Shown here: piece by piece, positions 11,244-25,468 of the stretch
How the letters are laid out: each line of letters starts with the position of its first letter
Position numbering within the stretch: the stretch's first letter is position 1
Source: Octopus bimaculoides
Lineage: Eukaryota
Reading direction: 5' to 3'
DNA length: 64,000 bases
Assembly: GCF_001194135.2 (NCBI RefSeq)
Contig: NC_068984.1
Coordinates: 127,000,344-127,064,343, forward strand
The notes under the pieces: model-generated
What the model was told of the DNA's origin: nothing
The model's input: the letters and a program-made list of their open reading frames with translations, nothing else
The model's database searches: none
Position numbers and translations under genes: made by a program

Positions 11244-14003
11244 GATACATATACATACATAAACACACAGGTATATTTAAGATACAATACTGTTTTCTAT
11301 ATTTCTTAATTTAATTCATACTTTTTCTCTTTGTTACTCTTTCTTTCTGAAATTCTTTCTTTGCACATTTTATTCCTGTTTAACATTAAAGCTGGGGGTG
11401 GTTCCAGATTAACAGGTTTTACCAAAATCCTCTAAAATTTTTCATTTTCTCTTGTCTATTTCTTTGTTTAATTTCTTACAATTCCTCAAGCTCAACTGTT
11501 TATAGGTTAAAAAAAAAAATGCAAAGAACAGAAATCAATGAAATAAAAAGTATGATTCTGCTTGAAAATCAGAAGAAATCAAAGAATGCACCGAGCGGTT
11601 TGGCGCTGGTTGGAGGTGATGGAGGAATAGAGGTCTGCAGGTATAATGGAAGCGTGGATGGAGAGAATCAGATATATATGTACTTTTTGTAGAATGAAAT
11701 TGCCAGTAATCACTGAACAAATAATCATCTCAGCAGAAAATTTTGGTTTGGCCTAAGTTCTTTGATATTATTTTTGAAATTGGTGATTACTATGAGGAAA
11801 TATTGTATTTAAATTTGTACAGTTTTCTCGTGCAAAATTGTTTTCGCTTGTTTTTATGGAGCTGAGGAAAGAATACAAAGAAATGTTTCGAAAGTTTATC
11901 TAAAGTTGTTAAACGAGAAGAAATATCTAATTACCAATGAACTCGATAATTTATTTGATTCATGTTTTTATTTTTATTTTGTTTTTTTCCACATTTTTTT
12001 TTACTTGAATCTTGAAAGTACAATGGAAACCAGCAGCCACATCATCATCATCATCATCATCACCATCATCATCATCATCTTCATCATCATCATTATCATC
12101 ATCATCATACAATGACGGTTTCCATGCTTGCATGGGTCAGATGGTTCAGCAGGGGCTGGTGAGCTACAGGACTGCATCACGCTCTGATGTCTTTTTTTGG
12201 CATGGTTTCTACAGCTGGGTGCCTTTCCTTATGCCACCTACTTTACAGTGTGTACTAAGAACACAACACATCACCCAGTCCAGGAATTAAAACTACAACT
12301 TATGCTCATGAGTCCAACACCCTAACCACTAAGCCACATGCTTGCACAGTTAAAGTACGATAGGGGGGATAGGAACAGGTGTCTTGATGTAGGGGAGATA
12401 TTGGTTGCTCCAGTTGGAAGAAAAGGAGGACAGTAGTGAAAATGTGTCAGGGTATATTCTCAAGTAACAGGAAAGTCAATAAAGCAAAGTTGTATGGATG
12501 GGTAAATAAGTTTGTGGGATAAAGAGAGGCAACTGGATACAGGGAGATACCTATATAGCTAACAACATTCCATAAAATAAAATAAGTTTGTTTGTTGGAA
12601 TGTCAATAAATGCACTTCTTATATATTTGAATAAGGGCTCAGATGGAAGCATTAGAAATTACTCCCTTTCATTACACACAGAACTTATTACATTTTTTAT
12701 TATAATAAATAATGTAATATTTATTACATTAAATGAAATGCTTCTCTTAGTATAGTTGTATACTGTTGTTGGCCTTTAGCTTCCAAATCAATCCTAATCA
12801 ACCTGACTTTCGACAGAAGGGGTTCCTCTGTGACCATCCAGTCTTTTATTTAGAAATAATGTATTTCAGATTAGAATACCCCATATATATTTTTTGTTTG
12901 AGATGGTAGGGTTTGGTTTGAGGAAGAATTGGCTTCTTTTTTTAACAGGTTGCGTAACATTGTTGGCTCCTTCATAATTATTTTGTGCTCCTTGATGCCA
13001 AGTGAGACAAGAATGTGTCTTAGTTGCCAATAACAACAACACTGTCATCACCACCACCCCCCCCCCTCCACCAACAACAACACAACAACAACAACAACAA
13101 CAACATTACATCATTGGCTACTCCCACCATTCTGCAGTGCTATCAGCATAGTCCCTATTAACAACATCAGTAGGTTCTTCACCACCACCACCAACACTTC
13201 CACTATCACTACTACTACTACTACTACTATTACTACTACTACTACCATCACCATCATCATCACTCCATCAACTCCAACCAACCCCGCCCCCATCACAACT
13301 ACTACCACTAACAACCATCAACACCACTGTCACCATACCACCCTCTTCACCACCATTACCATTACAAACACATGATGTTGCTACATGTTGCACCTGACTC
13401 CACCTGTTGGTTAATGCTGAAGCCACTACATGTCATAACAGATGCCACCGTTTGTTTAATGCTGATGTTGCTATACAGCATGACCCGCCCCAAAATTTTT
13501 GTTTTATAGCGATGTCAATAGAATAAAGTTGATGAGACTATATTGATCTAGTTATCAGTGATAAAGGAAGGAATAAATTAGAATCACTACGGTTGTTACT
13601 AGTCATTATTATCAGTTATCAGTGAGTGTGTCTGTTGATAATGGGACCAAGGTTGGACATGAATAATCCAACACAAGCAAACCTGCTTCGCTCTAGTTTA
13701 AACTGAATCAACTCTTGTTAAAACTATAGATCACTAAACAATTGCTTCTATTGATTTAACAATGGTTATAAACAAACCGATTTCTAGCTAACACCAGCGA
13801 TGTTATGGATGACTTAACATCAAGCAAATTATAGCAGAGAGAAAGAGAGAGACAGAGAGAGAGGGAGAGACTTGATCAGTCTTACTTGATACCCTTTCTT
13901 TATTAAACAAACAATGTGAAGAATAAAAGCTTCCACTAAATATAAACAGCAAGGTTTATATATATGTGTATATATATATATATATAAGTGTGTGTGTGTG
14001 TGT

Positions 14004-14145
14004 ATCATCATCATTTAACGTCCGCTTTCCATGCTAGTATGGGCTGGACGATTTGACTGAGGACTGCAGCCTTCTGGCTTGCCAGTCCTCAGTCAAATCG
14101 TCCAACCCATGCTAGCATGGAAAGCGGACGTTAAACGATGATGAT
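14004..14145. repeat. Head-to-head pair of RTE 3'-UTR ends forming a ~63-bp inverted repeat
   Basis: Arms 14004-14066 and 14083-14145, 16-nt loop; each arm ends in a (GAT)n tail like the single copies at about 2795, 12045, 37597, 40330 and 54280. Confidence 0.9.
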
Positions 14146-14686
14146 GATGATGATGATATATATATATTCACATACAGTTGTCTGTATCAATATGTGTGCA
14201 TTTGTGCATATACTGGCACTCTGTTGGTTACAACGATGAGGGTTCCATTTGATCCAACCAATGGTTCAGCCTGCCTGTGAAGTTAACGAGCACCCTGCAG
14301 ACATACGTACCCTTAACATAATTCTCAGGGGGATTCAGCATGACACAGAATCTGACAAGGCTGGCCCTTTGAATTACAGGTCAACTCATTTTTATCAGCT
14401 GAGTAGACTGGAGCAGTATGAAACAAAGTGTCTTGCTCAAAGATACAATGTACTGTCAGGCATCAAACTCATGATCATAAAATTGGTTTTATTGGATTTA
14501 TGAATTATTGTAGACATTTTATTGTCTTTTAAGAAATCAAATTGAGAGATTATATATCTATCCCTGTCTGTCTTTGTCAACTCGTTCAGAACTCTCCTGG
14601 TTGTGGAAAGACAAAATAACTTATTTTGGCTTATCAAAGTCCATTACGCTCAATAACCCTTCATTGAAAACATGCAGGGGAACAAC

Positions 14687-14755
<69 letters not shown>

Positions 14756-15649
14756 GGTAGTGAGATGATAGAATCATTAGCACACCAGACAAAATGCTTA
14801 GTGGCATTTTGTCCATCTGTAAATTCTAAGTTCAAATGCCACCAAGGTCATCTTTGCTTTTCATCCTTTTGGGGTCAATAAAATAAGTACCAGCCAAAGT
14901 ACTGGAGTCAATGTAATTGACTAGTCCCCACCCCACAAATTTTAGGCTTTGTGCTTATAGTAAGAAGATGTTTTTAAAAACACTGGCACTCTGTCATTTA
15001 CAACAATGGCTCCAGTTGATCGGATTTGTGGAACAGCCTGCTCATGAAATTAATGTGCAAGTGGCTGAACATTCCACAAACATATGTACCCTTAACATAA
15101 TTTTCCAGGAGACTTACGGTGACACAGAATGTGACAAGGCTGGCCCTTCGAAATACAAATACTACTCATTTTTGTTAACTGAGTGAACTGGAGCAATGTG
15201 AAATAAACTGTCTTCCTCAAGGATGCAATGCACTGTCAAGAACTGAACTCACAGCCTTACAATGATGAACCGAATATCCCTAACCACTAAGCCATGTGCC
15301 TTTACAGGAAGAATATTATTCTCTGTAACATAGATGCTTCTGAATTCCTTTATAAATGCAAGAATTCAGCAAATCTTGGTAATTGGTGGTGTAGCAATAT
15401 TTTCTATTCAGTCTGTCATTTTGTCGTGACTAACCTTTGATTGGTCATCTTCTGTTACATCAACACAATCAGTTGCCATGTCACCTTTTGCATGGATTGA
15501 ATTATTTTCTCTACTGACGCCAATGATTATGTTGGCTGTTCAACTGAAACAAGTGCCAGCATAATCGATTCTTGTCTTGTTACCTTAGCTGTGTTTTTGA
15601 GTAAGAGATAATTACACCGATTTTCATATACAGATTCTTCTCTGTATAC

Positions 15650-15965
15650 ACAAAAATTAAGGTGTTGGATTCCATTTGTAATCACCCTGATTTAGTATAC
15701 AGTAAATTAGCATCATTAGCAACCACAATGTATTCAGAAAGAACTGAAAACAAGCATGAATGAAGAAAATTTTATGTTAGCAAGAATTACAATAATGAAG
15801 CTTTCGTTAAGCAATATCAATCACAATAACAACAGCAGCAGCACTGGTTTGTGTTTATCAACTGTCATAATTGTGGTCAAACATAAGCAAAGGAAATGGC
15901 TAGCATTGAAATTAGTGTCATAAATGTAGAAAGCTAATTCACTTTGACAAATGTTGCCAGTCAGT
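15650..15965 (+). mobile_element. Degenerate Ty3/Gypsy gag remnant with paired zinc knuckles
   Basis: CHNCGQ at 15863 and, after a frameshift, CHKCRKLIHFDKCC at 15916-15957, similar to the Gypsy gag CxxCG...CxxCxKxxHFxxxC pattern. Confidence 0.55.
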
Positions 15966-16519
15966 GCCTACATACAACATCCATAAAGCTTCATATGAAG
16001 AGAGCAATGACTCCATACTCAATGTCAATTGCATTCAACATACATTTGATACATCATCAGTACTGGATTAACCATTAAGCAAGATAAGAATGTGCTTAGG
16101 GCATCAAGGAAAATGGGTACCACAGAAATGGTAAATGATTTATGGCATAAAAAAAATCATTTCAAACTTGCTAAAATAATATTCAAGATAATAGGAAATA
16201 TAATTTCAGAGTATTCATGGTGTCATAGTGAGGATTTGATCAAAGTCTTTGCAATTCAGAAACAGAGGAGAAAACTTTGCAAATATAAATAAAGTGAAAG
16301 TATACAAAAATAAAAATTATTTTCCATCTTACTATTAGTTTTGTTTCATTTTGAAAAAATAAAAGTCCATTTTATGGTTTATGATTATGTATATTTTGAA
16401 TTATATGTATATGGGGGCACCAAAATCTTTGCAGTGCTTATGGCCTCTGTGAGTTTTAATTCAGTTCTGCACATCATCAGTTTTGTATCCTGGGATCATT
16501 GAGAGTTTTGGATCTTACA

Positions 16520-16945
16520 ACATACACCTTCATCCAAGCAACTTGACCAAGGTTGATCATGTTTAAGCCTGTATCTAAACAGCATTCTACTAACTCCACC
16601 AATCACTTTTCAATCACAGCCATCAGTATATTTTCTCAGCAGATTCTAGTGTTCTAGATGGCTCTTGTTCTACTCATTCCTGAGAACATGCCCTGCAAAC
16701 TCACAACAGCCAACTTTCACAAGCAAACATCTTTCACCCACTCCTGTTTCTTGGCTCTCTTCTTCTCTTGTGCTTTTTCCATCCTCTTCTCCAATGGCAT
16801 AGTTAACTCCAATAGGATTAGCTGTCTGGTTGTCTCGGAAACCAAGATGATATCTGGTGTCAGTGAAGAAGTATCCAGCATTCAGATTAAAGTGTTGCAA
16901 GTGCACAAGAGCTAAGTCCCTTTGGAAAATGCTGTCAGTCATTGG
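16520..16945 (-). mobile_element. RTE-clade LINE remnant (post-RT region)
   Basis: Minus-strand ...CEFAGHVLR matches RTE (L)RFAGHVxR; flanking frames are broken. Confidence 0.55.
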
Positions 16946-18589
16946 TTTTGTACAATATCAATCAAACTTCATTTAAAGGAAGCAATCCATGTTCAGTATC
17001 AATAATATATATCTTGTTGATGTTAATATCAACTACTGTAAATCAAAAGATGTTCCAATGCAATTGAAAATAGAATATGGAACATCTGGTCAAGCAGGTC
17101 AGTATTCTTTTATTGATATAATCTATTTTACATTAATTCATCAGACAAAAACTTAACCTATGACAGTTCAACATTAAGATTAATGGACCTTGTGCAAATT
17201 CAGCCTTACTTGAATTCAACACATGATAAAAGTAGATTTACTTCTGTTCTTCAAAATATGAAGTGTGGAAGATTCTATATACATTTGAAAGGGGTGTTTG
17301 ACGAAGCCCTGGCTAATGTGTGGCTAGATATTGGCTCCTGTGGTGGGAGCAGAACATCTAGAAGTGTATGTCAATTATTTCAGAATAAAGATGAAAAAGG
17401 AAGGCAGGTAGGGTTTGTATGCTACATACCTGCCCACAGGACAGTATCATGTTCATCATAACCAGTGACATTGGTGCTGATATGAATCTTTGGCTTGCAG
17501 ACATCTTTTTGACAGTAGCATGGGATCTGATCATAACCATGAAAGTAATCTAGAAGGTCATAGTCTTGGTGAATCTTGAAGATTAAAAACTCTCTAAGAG
17601 ATATACCTCCTAAAGTGAGTGGTGGGGAGGTCATGCAGATTGACTGTGGAGAACAGTGAAGAGCTACATGTATGAGCGTGAATCACATCAGAGTTTATTA
17701 GCCAAATAGGGACAAGAAAAATAGAACAGAAGAATTTAGGTAGATAGCAGCAGAAAACCATATCTACTGCTATTATTGCTAACATTGCACCACCACTGAA
17801 AATTCAAGGATTGCTTAAGTGGAAACAAAATAAATTCATCTTCAGTGACACAAATACCAGGGATTCATGAGCCAAGATAAGAGGTCTCCTACTCAAGCAG
17901 TTTTTTCTTCTTCCCCATTGTTGTAAGACAAAAGAGAAAGGTAAAAAACCATTGGAGAGAGAGAAAGATCATGGAGCAAGATAGAAAACCATTGGGAAGC
18001 ACAAAGAAAAAAAAGTAAGAAGAAAAGTAGAATGAACTCAGCTTGAAAGGAAAGCAGGCCTTTGCAATTCCTCTGTGAAAAGGATCTCATTAGAGAAACC
18101 TGATTATTTAAGATGGCAACCAAGACTAACTAGATCTGTTGAGGAAGCTGGGAGATGACAAGAAAAACATTGCTGGAGGATGCAGGAGATTTGTGATTCA
18201 CCTATGAACAAATAGGTAGTTTTGAAGGAGCCCATATGAGAAAGGTAATCAGAGTAGAAGGTGGGTGAAAATTACTGGGGGCCCTAACCCTACATATAGA
18301 TGGAAATTTCTTACTCATTTATGAATAGGTTGCTCTTATTTGTATCATGTACTAAATTTTTTAATCTACTTTAATATATTGTATTATGTTTTTGCCCCTA
18401 CCTTGGTGTGTGTGTGTATACATGTTTGTGTGTGCGTATGCGTCCACATATGTATGTGTGTGTGTGTGTGTATACATGCTTTGTTTTGTAATCTCATTTG
18501 TAGGATACATTTTCGTATATGTAAGTATGTGCTCTTGTGACCAATAAAAAAAATTATCATAATCATCATCATCATCATCATCATCATTA

Positions 18590-18647
<58 letters not shown>

Positions 18648-19029
18648 ATAAAGGAAAAGCAAAAAGAAATAACAAAACCAAGAACTCTATTGGTAAATTC
18701 CATTGTGTCTATTCGTATTTTTTTAATAGAAGAGTGACAAGTTTTCTAATGGAGAGCAATCGACCTGTGATTGGATGGAAATGACTGGAAACAAACTTGC
18801 TTTTGTTTGTTTTTGATATTTTTTCTGTCGTTGTTAGATTAGATTTCAGTCTAAAATACAGTTAAAATGGACAACAAGCCAAAGAAACAAATAAGCTAAG
18901 CTCCGTTGTTGATTAGACGTATGAAGGAAAGTGAGTTAGAAATATTTCTAGTCATGACTGGTTTTGTTAACGTCATTAGTAAGATATAGATGATGGTCCA
19001 ATGTAATCATTTAAAGAGATAAAATACAG

Positions 19030-19217
19030 TTTGCACACACACACACACGCACACACGCACACACATAAACACACACATATACATATGTATATACATATGT
19101 ATATACATATATATATATATATATATACATATGTATATACATATATATATACATATGTATATACATATATATATATACATATGTATATACATATATGTAA
19201 ATATATACATATGTATA

Positions 19218-19266
<49 letters not shown>

Positions 19267-19311
19267 ACATATATATGCAAACATACAGATGATACACATA
19301 CACACATATAC

Positions 19312-19343
<32 letters not shown>

Positions 19344-19510
19344 CTAATATACTTACATATATACATACATATAAATACACATATACATACAGATGTACAT
19401 ATATATTCATACAGACACACATGTATATATCTGTATGTATACATACATAGACACACATGTATATATACTTACAGATACATATATGCATGCATACATATAC
19501 TCATGCACAG
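19030..19510. repeat. Compound (AC)n/(AT)n/(ACAT)n microsatellite
   Basis: Visible directly; source of the YI/CV/HT-rich ORFs. Confidence 0.95.
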
Positions 19511-19659
19511 AGGTACACACACATCATTGACTGCTGAAGATGGCAGAATTATGACAGACAATGAATGAATCTCAAACAAGCTAACTGAACACTTTAACAG
19601 CCCACTGAAGAGACTACCAGTTATGTCTGAATACTGCTATGTTGATCTTCACATGTTTT

Positions 19660-20285
19660 CCAAGCAGCCTTGAATGTCAGCATTGCCAACCCTCAAGGAA
19701 CTGGATATTACCACCCACCAGATACATGACAACGAAGCCCTTGGTCCTGATTCTATTTCTACTAAGCAGTACAAGGAGGATCTTTAAAAGCTCATCTCCC
19801 ATCAACTGGTTCTCTGAATATGTGAATAAAATTTCTCCTTATTGTTAACATTTAGCACACTGTAGCTGCATCATGTCACTGTATGAGTTTTCTCCCCTGT
19901 AGTAACAAAGTAGTGGCAGGGGAGAGAATTCTAGAGAAAATGCAGTGTGCTAAAGGTTAATATTGTGACCATCTTCAAACAAGGGAGCTAAGGTATGTGT
20001 AAACTACAGAGGTGCCCCTCTATTATTATCAGCTAGTAAGGTCTCATTTTGAATGCAACTGAATCAGTTAACTCACTGAACAAATTTTATAGAAATCCTG
20101 AAGTAATTTCCATCCTTATTTTGCTACAAATGACATAATTTTTGTTGACAATTTCAAAAAATATCTATTGAACAATATAAACTAATTTTTTATCATCCTT
20201 TATGATTTAGTTGATGTTTTTGACACACAGCCAAGACTTAACTTATGGACAGTACTTAAGACATTTGAGTTTTTAGACCATTTTG
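19660..20285 (+). mobile_element. RTE/BovB-type reverse transcriptase remnant, frameshifted
   Basis: PTLKEL...NEALGPDSI, then IVTIFK.KG....NYRG...SASKV, and DLVDVFDT...LWTVLKTF (RT domains 0-3). Confidence 0.75.
19849..19956. mobile_element. 108-bp piggyBac-type MITE inserted in the RTE remnant
   Basis: TTAA at 19845-48 and 19957-60; TIRs CATTTAGCACACTG and CAGTGTGCTAAAGG. Confidence 0.8.
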
Positions 20286-20485
20286 AGACCCCTCACCATC
20301 ACTTGACAACCAATGTTGGTGTGTTTACGTTTCTGTAACATAGCAGTTCAGCAAAAGAGACTGACAGAATAAGTACTAGGCTTACAAAGAATAAGTCCTG
20401 GGGTCTATTTGTTCAACTAAAGGCGGTGCTCCAGCATGGCTGCAGTCAAATGACTGAAAGAAGTAAAAGAAAAGAATTTATATAT

Positions 20486-20528
<43 letters not shown>

Positions 20529-20792
20529 NNNNNNNNNNNNNNNNNNNNNNNNNNNNNNNNNNNNNNNNNNNNNNNNNNNNNNNNNNNNNNNNNNNNNNNN
20601 NNNNNNNNNNNNNNNNNNNNNNNNNNNNNNNNNNNNNNNNNNNNNNNNNNNNNNNNNNNNNNNNNNNNNNNNNNNNNNNNNNNNNNNNNNNNNNNNNNNN
20701 NNNNNNNNNNNNNNNNNNNNNNNNNNNNNNNNNNNNNNNNNNNNNNNNNNNNNNNNNNNNNNNNNNNNNNNNNNNNNNNNNNNNNNNNNNNN

Positions 20793-20830
<38 letters not shown>

Positions 20831-20898
20831 GCATATACATATATATATATATGCATATACATATATATATATGCATATACTTATATATATATGCATAC

Positions 20899-20929
<31 letters not shown>

Positions 20930-21379
20930 TGCATATGCATGTGCACATACACACACATACCTATGATATATATGTGTGTGGGTGTGTTTGTATTGTTGGT
21001 TTGTTCTGTGCTCATGCCCTTCACAAGCCCACCAACGCCAGTGAAATAATTCCATGAAAAACCTGGACATGGAGAAAATTGTAGAGCAATGCAGTTCTGA
21101 GGAAATAAAGACTGTGTGTAGTGGTTATTGCAGTGCCTGGTGTGGAGGGAAAATATAGATGACATATGGAAAAGAGATGAGTTAGTTGGGGAGTTCCTAA
21201 TGAAAATGACACAAAACCATTAACCCTCAACAAGCAATGGTCACTGTAGTAGTGACAGAAAAGACAGAGAATGTGAAAGGAATCAGGACATCTGTGGGGC
21301 AGAGGTGAGATTGTGTTGGTGAGTAATCTAGGGCCACTCAGTGGTGGGTGGGCTTTTTTTCTTGACCTTTGCTTATGTA

Positions 21380-21600
21380 ATTACTTCATGTATGGGAAAG
21401 GATAATGAAAAGGTTTGTTATGCTGTGATTCGTTTAGAAGTCATATTGATTGCTTGATGTGAGGTCGTTTGTGAGAAGATAACATTGCACTTGCTCATGA
21501 ACTGCTGAATATGCAGTCTTACTGGCATCTCTGGTGTCCCCCTTGTCTATTTGTATTGCAAAAGAGCTATCTTCTATACTGAATACAGAGTTGTTGGTTT
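21380..21600 (-). mobile_element. CR1/L2-type RT remnant
   Basis: Minus frame IQIDKGDTRDASK..VHEQVQCYLLTNDLTSSNQYDF*TNHSITNL resembles CR1 IPIHKKGD..DPSNYR..YL..NNLLSxNQYGFRxNRST. Confidence 0.5.
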
Positions 21601-22324
21601 TTGTTGTGTGGATTTTTACAGTATGTGGGTGGTTGCTATACGATGTGCATTCAAAGTATTGTGTGAAGGTGATTGTTAAATGAATGTAGAATCTGAATGC
21701 TTAGATCTGTCTTCATGTTCTTGAGGTACATCAATAAAAAAAAATCAATAAATATTATTTTCCTTACGGCTATAGTTATTCTTCTTTTCTAGAGAGACTT
21801 CTGTGTGATAATTTTTCTTGCCGGAAAAATGAAAATAATATTAGTCATGACAAATATTGTCTTTTTCCTTTACTATCTAATTATTTCTAGTTAGTTTTTT
21901 TAATGCTTCCTCTATTAAATATGTTAACATTAACTTAACTAATGCTTGTTTTTTTATGTGAATTGTGTCTAAACAATTTGTTTTGTCTGCAACAGCCATT
22001 GTACTCTTTTGTACATTTAAAGACTATTTTTCATCACTATTTTAGCATGTACAATGAAGTGTATATTTCACTAATGAGGTCAGAATAAGACTCAAACATG
22101 CTTTTATTTTTCCTCTGTAGTTGTTAGTAAAAGATTAAAATATTGATTAAAATGGCATTATTTTCAGTAAATAATTATTCTACATTATATACCATGTATC
22201 ATCTATTCTTGTTAAGGAAGCCTATCATTTGTATGTACATGTGTGTGTGTGTATATGTATGCGTGTGTATTCGCACACATATATGTATACATACATGTAT
22301 ATATATATATCAGTACATATTGTA

Positions 22325-22664
22325 CTGTGTTGAGTATGAGGCCATCTGGAAAGATGAATGGAGGCATAACATCGCCATCACTAGTGATCACTCCAAACCC
22401 CATGATGTTGACTGGATGTTCGATTTTTATCACACTCAGTACATGTCCTCAGATTGCACTGTCCTGGGATTGACACCCAAACACATTGAAGTGTTTGTAT
22501 TTGGAGCTTCTGGCACAAATGCCAAGCAGTACAGCATGTTGTTTCCAAATTTCTGGGCAAGGGAATTGTATCATGGTGCTGTTTTCCTCACAAATGGTGC
22601 CCAAACAATGTGCATGCACGAAATTAAAAATATAAAGTGGTGACAGTTTACCCATCGCACCCTG
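22325..22664 (-). mobile_element. DD37D (maT)/Tc1-mariner transposon, internally deleted, with one terminus
   Basis: Minus ORF KIEHPVNIMGFGVITSDGDVMPPFIFPDGLILNT matches DD37D transposase (HPxxxMVFGVxxSDGxVMPPxxF); terminus TA-CAGGGTG at 22666-22658. Confidence 0.75.
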
Positions 22665-22714
22665 TATATGTGTGTATATGAACATATATATATTATACAT
22701 ATGTATCATCATCG

Positions 22715-22791
<77 letters not shown>

Positions 22792-23145
22792 GTATGCACA
22801 CATGTATACATAGGTAAATATATATGTATACATATATCTATTATATCAGTCTCCTTTGCTGAACTAATTTATGGAGACATAAACAAACCAGCACTAGTTG
22901 TCATGTGGTGGTGGGAAACAAACACAAATTCGCAGACACACACCCACATACCCCCCGCCACACACACACACACACACAGAGGCTTTCACACAGTTTCCAT
23001 CTACCAAATTCATTAACAAAGCATTGATCAGTTCGGGGCTATAGTGGAAGTGCCACTCAGTGGGACTGAACCCAAAACCACATGGTTGTAAAATAAGCTT
23101 CTTAACCACACTACCATATCAGATGTGTGTATGCATGTGTGTGCT

Positions 23146-23201
<56 letters not shown>

Positions 23202-23929
23202 CATATGTATGTATGCATGTATGCATATAAATTATACATAACCGTGTATTGATTTCCATTACTAGCCAGTGGAAATATATGCTGAAAACTCCATAATCTT
23301 AGTAAAAGAGGGAGCCTATGTCACATGATCATAATTCATGGCAACTGATGACAGATTTCTTCTCTCTATTTGATTGTAGTGAAGGAATTTTGTGTAACAA
23401 GTTTAGGTTTGCTGATAATTTATGTAAGTTCTGACATAGCCAGAAGCTTCCTGAAGATGGGAAAGATAACGAATTTAATGCTGAATATTGAACTCAGAAT
23501 AAACAATGGCAATTACTGATTTAACACACAGTGTTACCATGATTTCACTTGGTTTTGTTGGGAATTTTGACATGATATTATTTCTGTGAATTGCGAGAGA
23601 CAAAGTTGACTGAAAAAAAAAATGGTATGAAAGCTGTCTGTAGTTTTATAACTTCATTCATTGTGCTGTTTTTCTTTAATTATTTTGCTGGTTGCAGTCG
23701 TTTGCCTGCGGCCATACTGAAGTATAAAAATGAGTGAGAAGATGAAAAAATATGGTTGTGTGGTTATAAAGCTCACTTAGGTTCAGTTCCACTGCTCAGC
23801 AATTTGGGCAACTGTCTTCTGTTTTAGCTACAGGTTGACCAATGCCTTGTAACTGAATTTGGTACATGGAAACTGTCCATCATGTGTGTGTGTATCTCTG
23901 TGTGTGTATGTATGTATATATGTATCTAT

Positions 23930-24119
23930 CTATCTATCCATCCATCCATCCATCCATCCATCCATCTATATATCTATTTATCTATCCATCCATCCATCCA
24001 TCCAACCATCCATCCATCCATCCATCCATCCATCCATCCATCCATCCATCCATCCATCCATCCATCCATCCATCCATCCATCCATCTATCTATCTATCTA
24101 CATATTTATCTATCTATCT
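23930..24119. repeat. (ATCC)n/(ATCT)n microsatellite running into a gap
   Basis: Visible directly. Confidence 0.95.
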
Positions 24120-24268
24120 NNNNNNNNNNNNNNNNNNNNNNNNNNNNNNNNNNNNNNNNNNNNNNNNNNNNNNNNNNNNNNNNNNNNNNNNNNNNNNNNN
24201 NNNNNNNNNNNNNNNNNNNNNNNNNNNNNNNNNNNNNNNNNNNNNNNNNNNNNNNNNNNNNNNNNNNN

Positions 24269-24300
<32 letters not shown>

Positions 24301-24550
24301 TGATAGATGTATATGTGTGTATGTCTTTGTGTTTGTCTCTACCACCACCACCACCACCACCACCACCACTTGACAACCAGTGTTGGTGTGTTTACATCCC
24401 TGTAACTTAGTGGTTTAACAAAATAGACTGATAACGTGATTCATTTGATTCATTCAACTAAAATTCTTGAAGGCAGTGCCCCAGTATGGCCACAGTCTAA
24501 TGACTGAAATAAGTAAAGTAAAAGACAAACGATATGTATGTATGTATGTA

Positions 24551-24587
<37 letters not shown>

Positions 24588-24699
24588 ACACATATATGTG
24601 TATGTGAACATTAAATGATGATGATACATATGAATAAGATGAATGAATGACAAAGATGATGTGGTACAAGGGGAGTTAGAAGTGACAATTTATTAATAT

Positions 24700-25290
24700 G
24701 AGTTAGTAAAGCTATGTTGCCTTACTAATTCTTGCCTCTCACTTGTACGAGTCAAAGGTGATTGAAAAGAGACTGAGTCAACAACAGGTGGGTGGATCAG
24801 TAACATTATCAACAGGTACATGCATAACAATTGCTACAGAGTGGTGATGAATTGTCATGAAGAATGAATCAAGTTTTAATTGTTTGTCATGCTGATGTTG
24901 CCTCTAGATAATTAGTTCTCTTAAGCTTCTAACATGTTGATAATATTGCTGAATGTCAGTTTCTCTCGACAAGTCAATTTACAAAACGACATTACCAAGG
25001 GACTCTTATGCAATATAGATTTCTTGGACAATAGATCATTGTCTTTATCATCATTGTTATCCCAACTATTACCAATGATAACTACATTCAATGTTATGTT
25101 AACACTTGGTGTTATGTTAACACTTGGTGTCCAAGATCACCTTCTGTGTTTTCTAGCCAGGAGCAATGTCATCTTCTGTGTTGTCTGTTTCACTGCCTCT
25201 CTGAAGTCTATGATGAAAATCTCTTATTTTGTAATCTTTGTGAATCATATTTTACCTCAACATCACACAGAAGTATCTTCCAAGTACTAA
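24700..25290 (-). mobile_element. RTE-clade LINE remnant (RT thumb and downstream), with an internal 18-bp tandem duplication
   Basis: Frameshifted GSETD(I)RR(R)IALARK, RVPW..RFVN and KVRG motifs; TGTTATGTTAACACTTGG duplicated near 25092-25127. Confidence 0.55.
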
Positions 25291-25468
25291 GTGCAGGCAT
25301 AGCTGTGTGCATAAGAAATTTACTTTCCATCTATGTGACCTTTGGTTCAGTCCCACTATGTGGCATTTTTGACAAGCACCTTGTACTATAGTTCTGGACT
25401 GACCAAAGCTTTGTGGGTGGATTAAGCTGACAGAAACTTGAGACTAAACGGCGAGACTAAACGAATAA

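Noticed and set aside
17280-17790. CR1/L2 3' remnant on the minus strand (also 44100-44330 on plus)
   Set aside because: Only a few residues (HGYDQIP; YKxxxxxIL) resemble the consensus; too weak without an HMM search.
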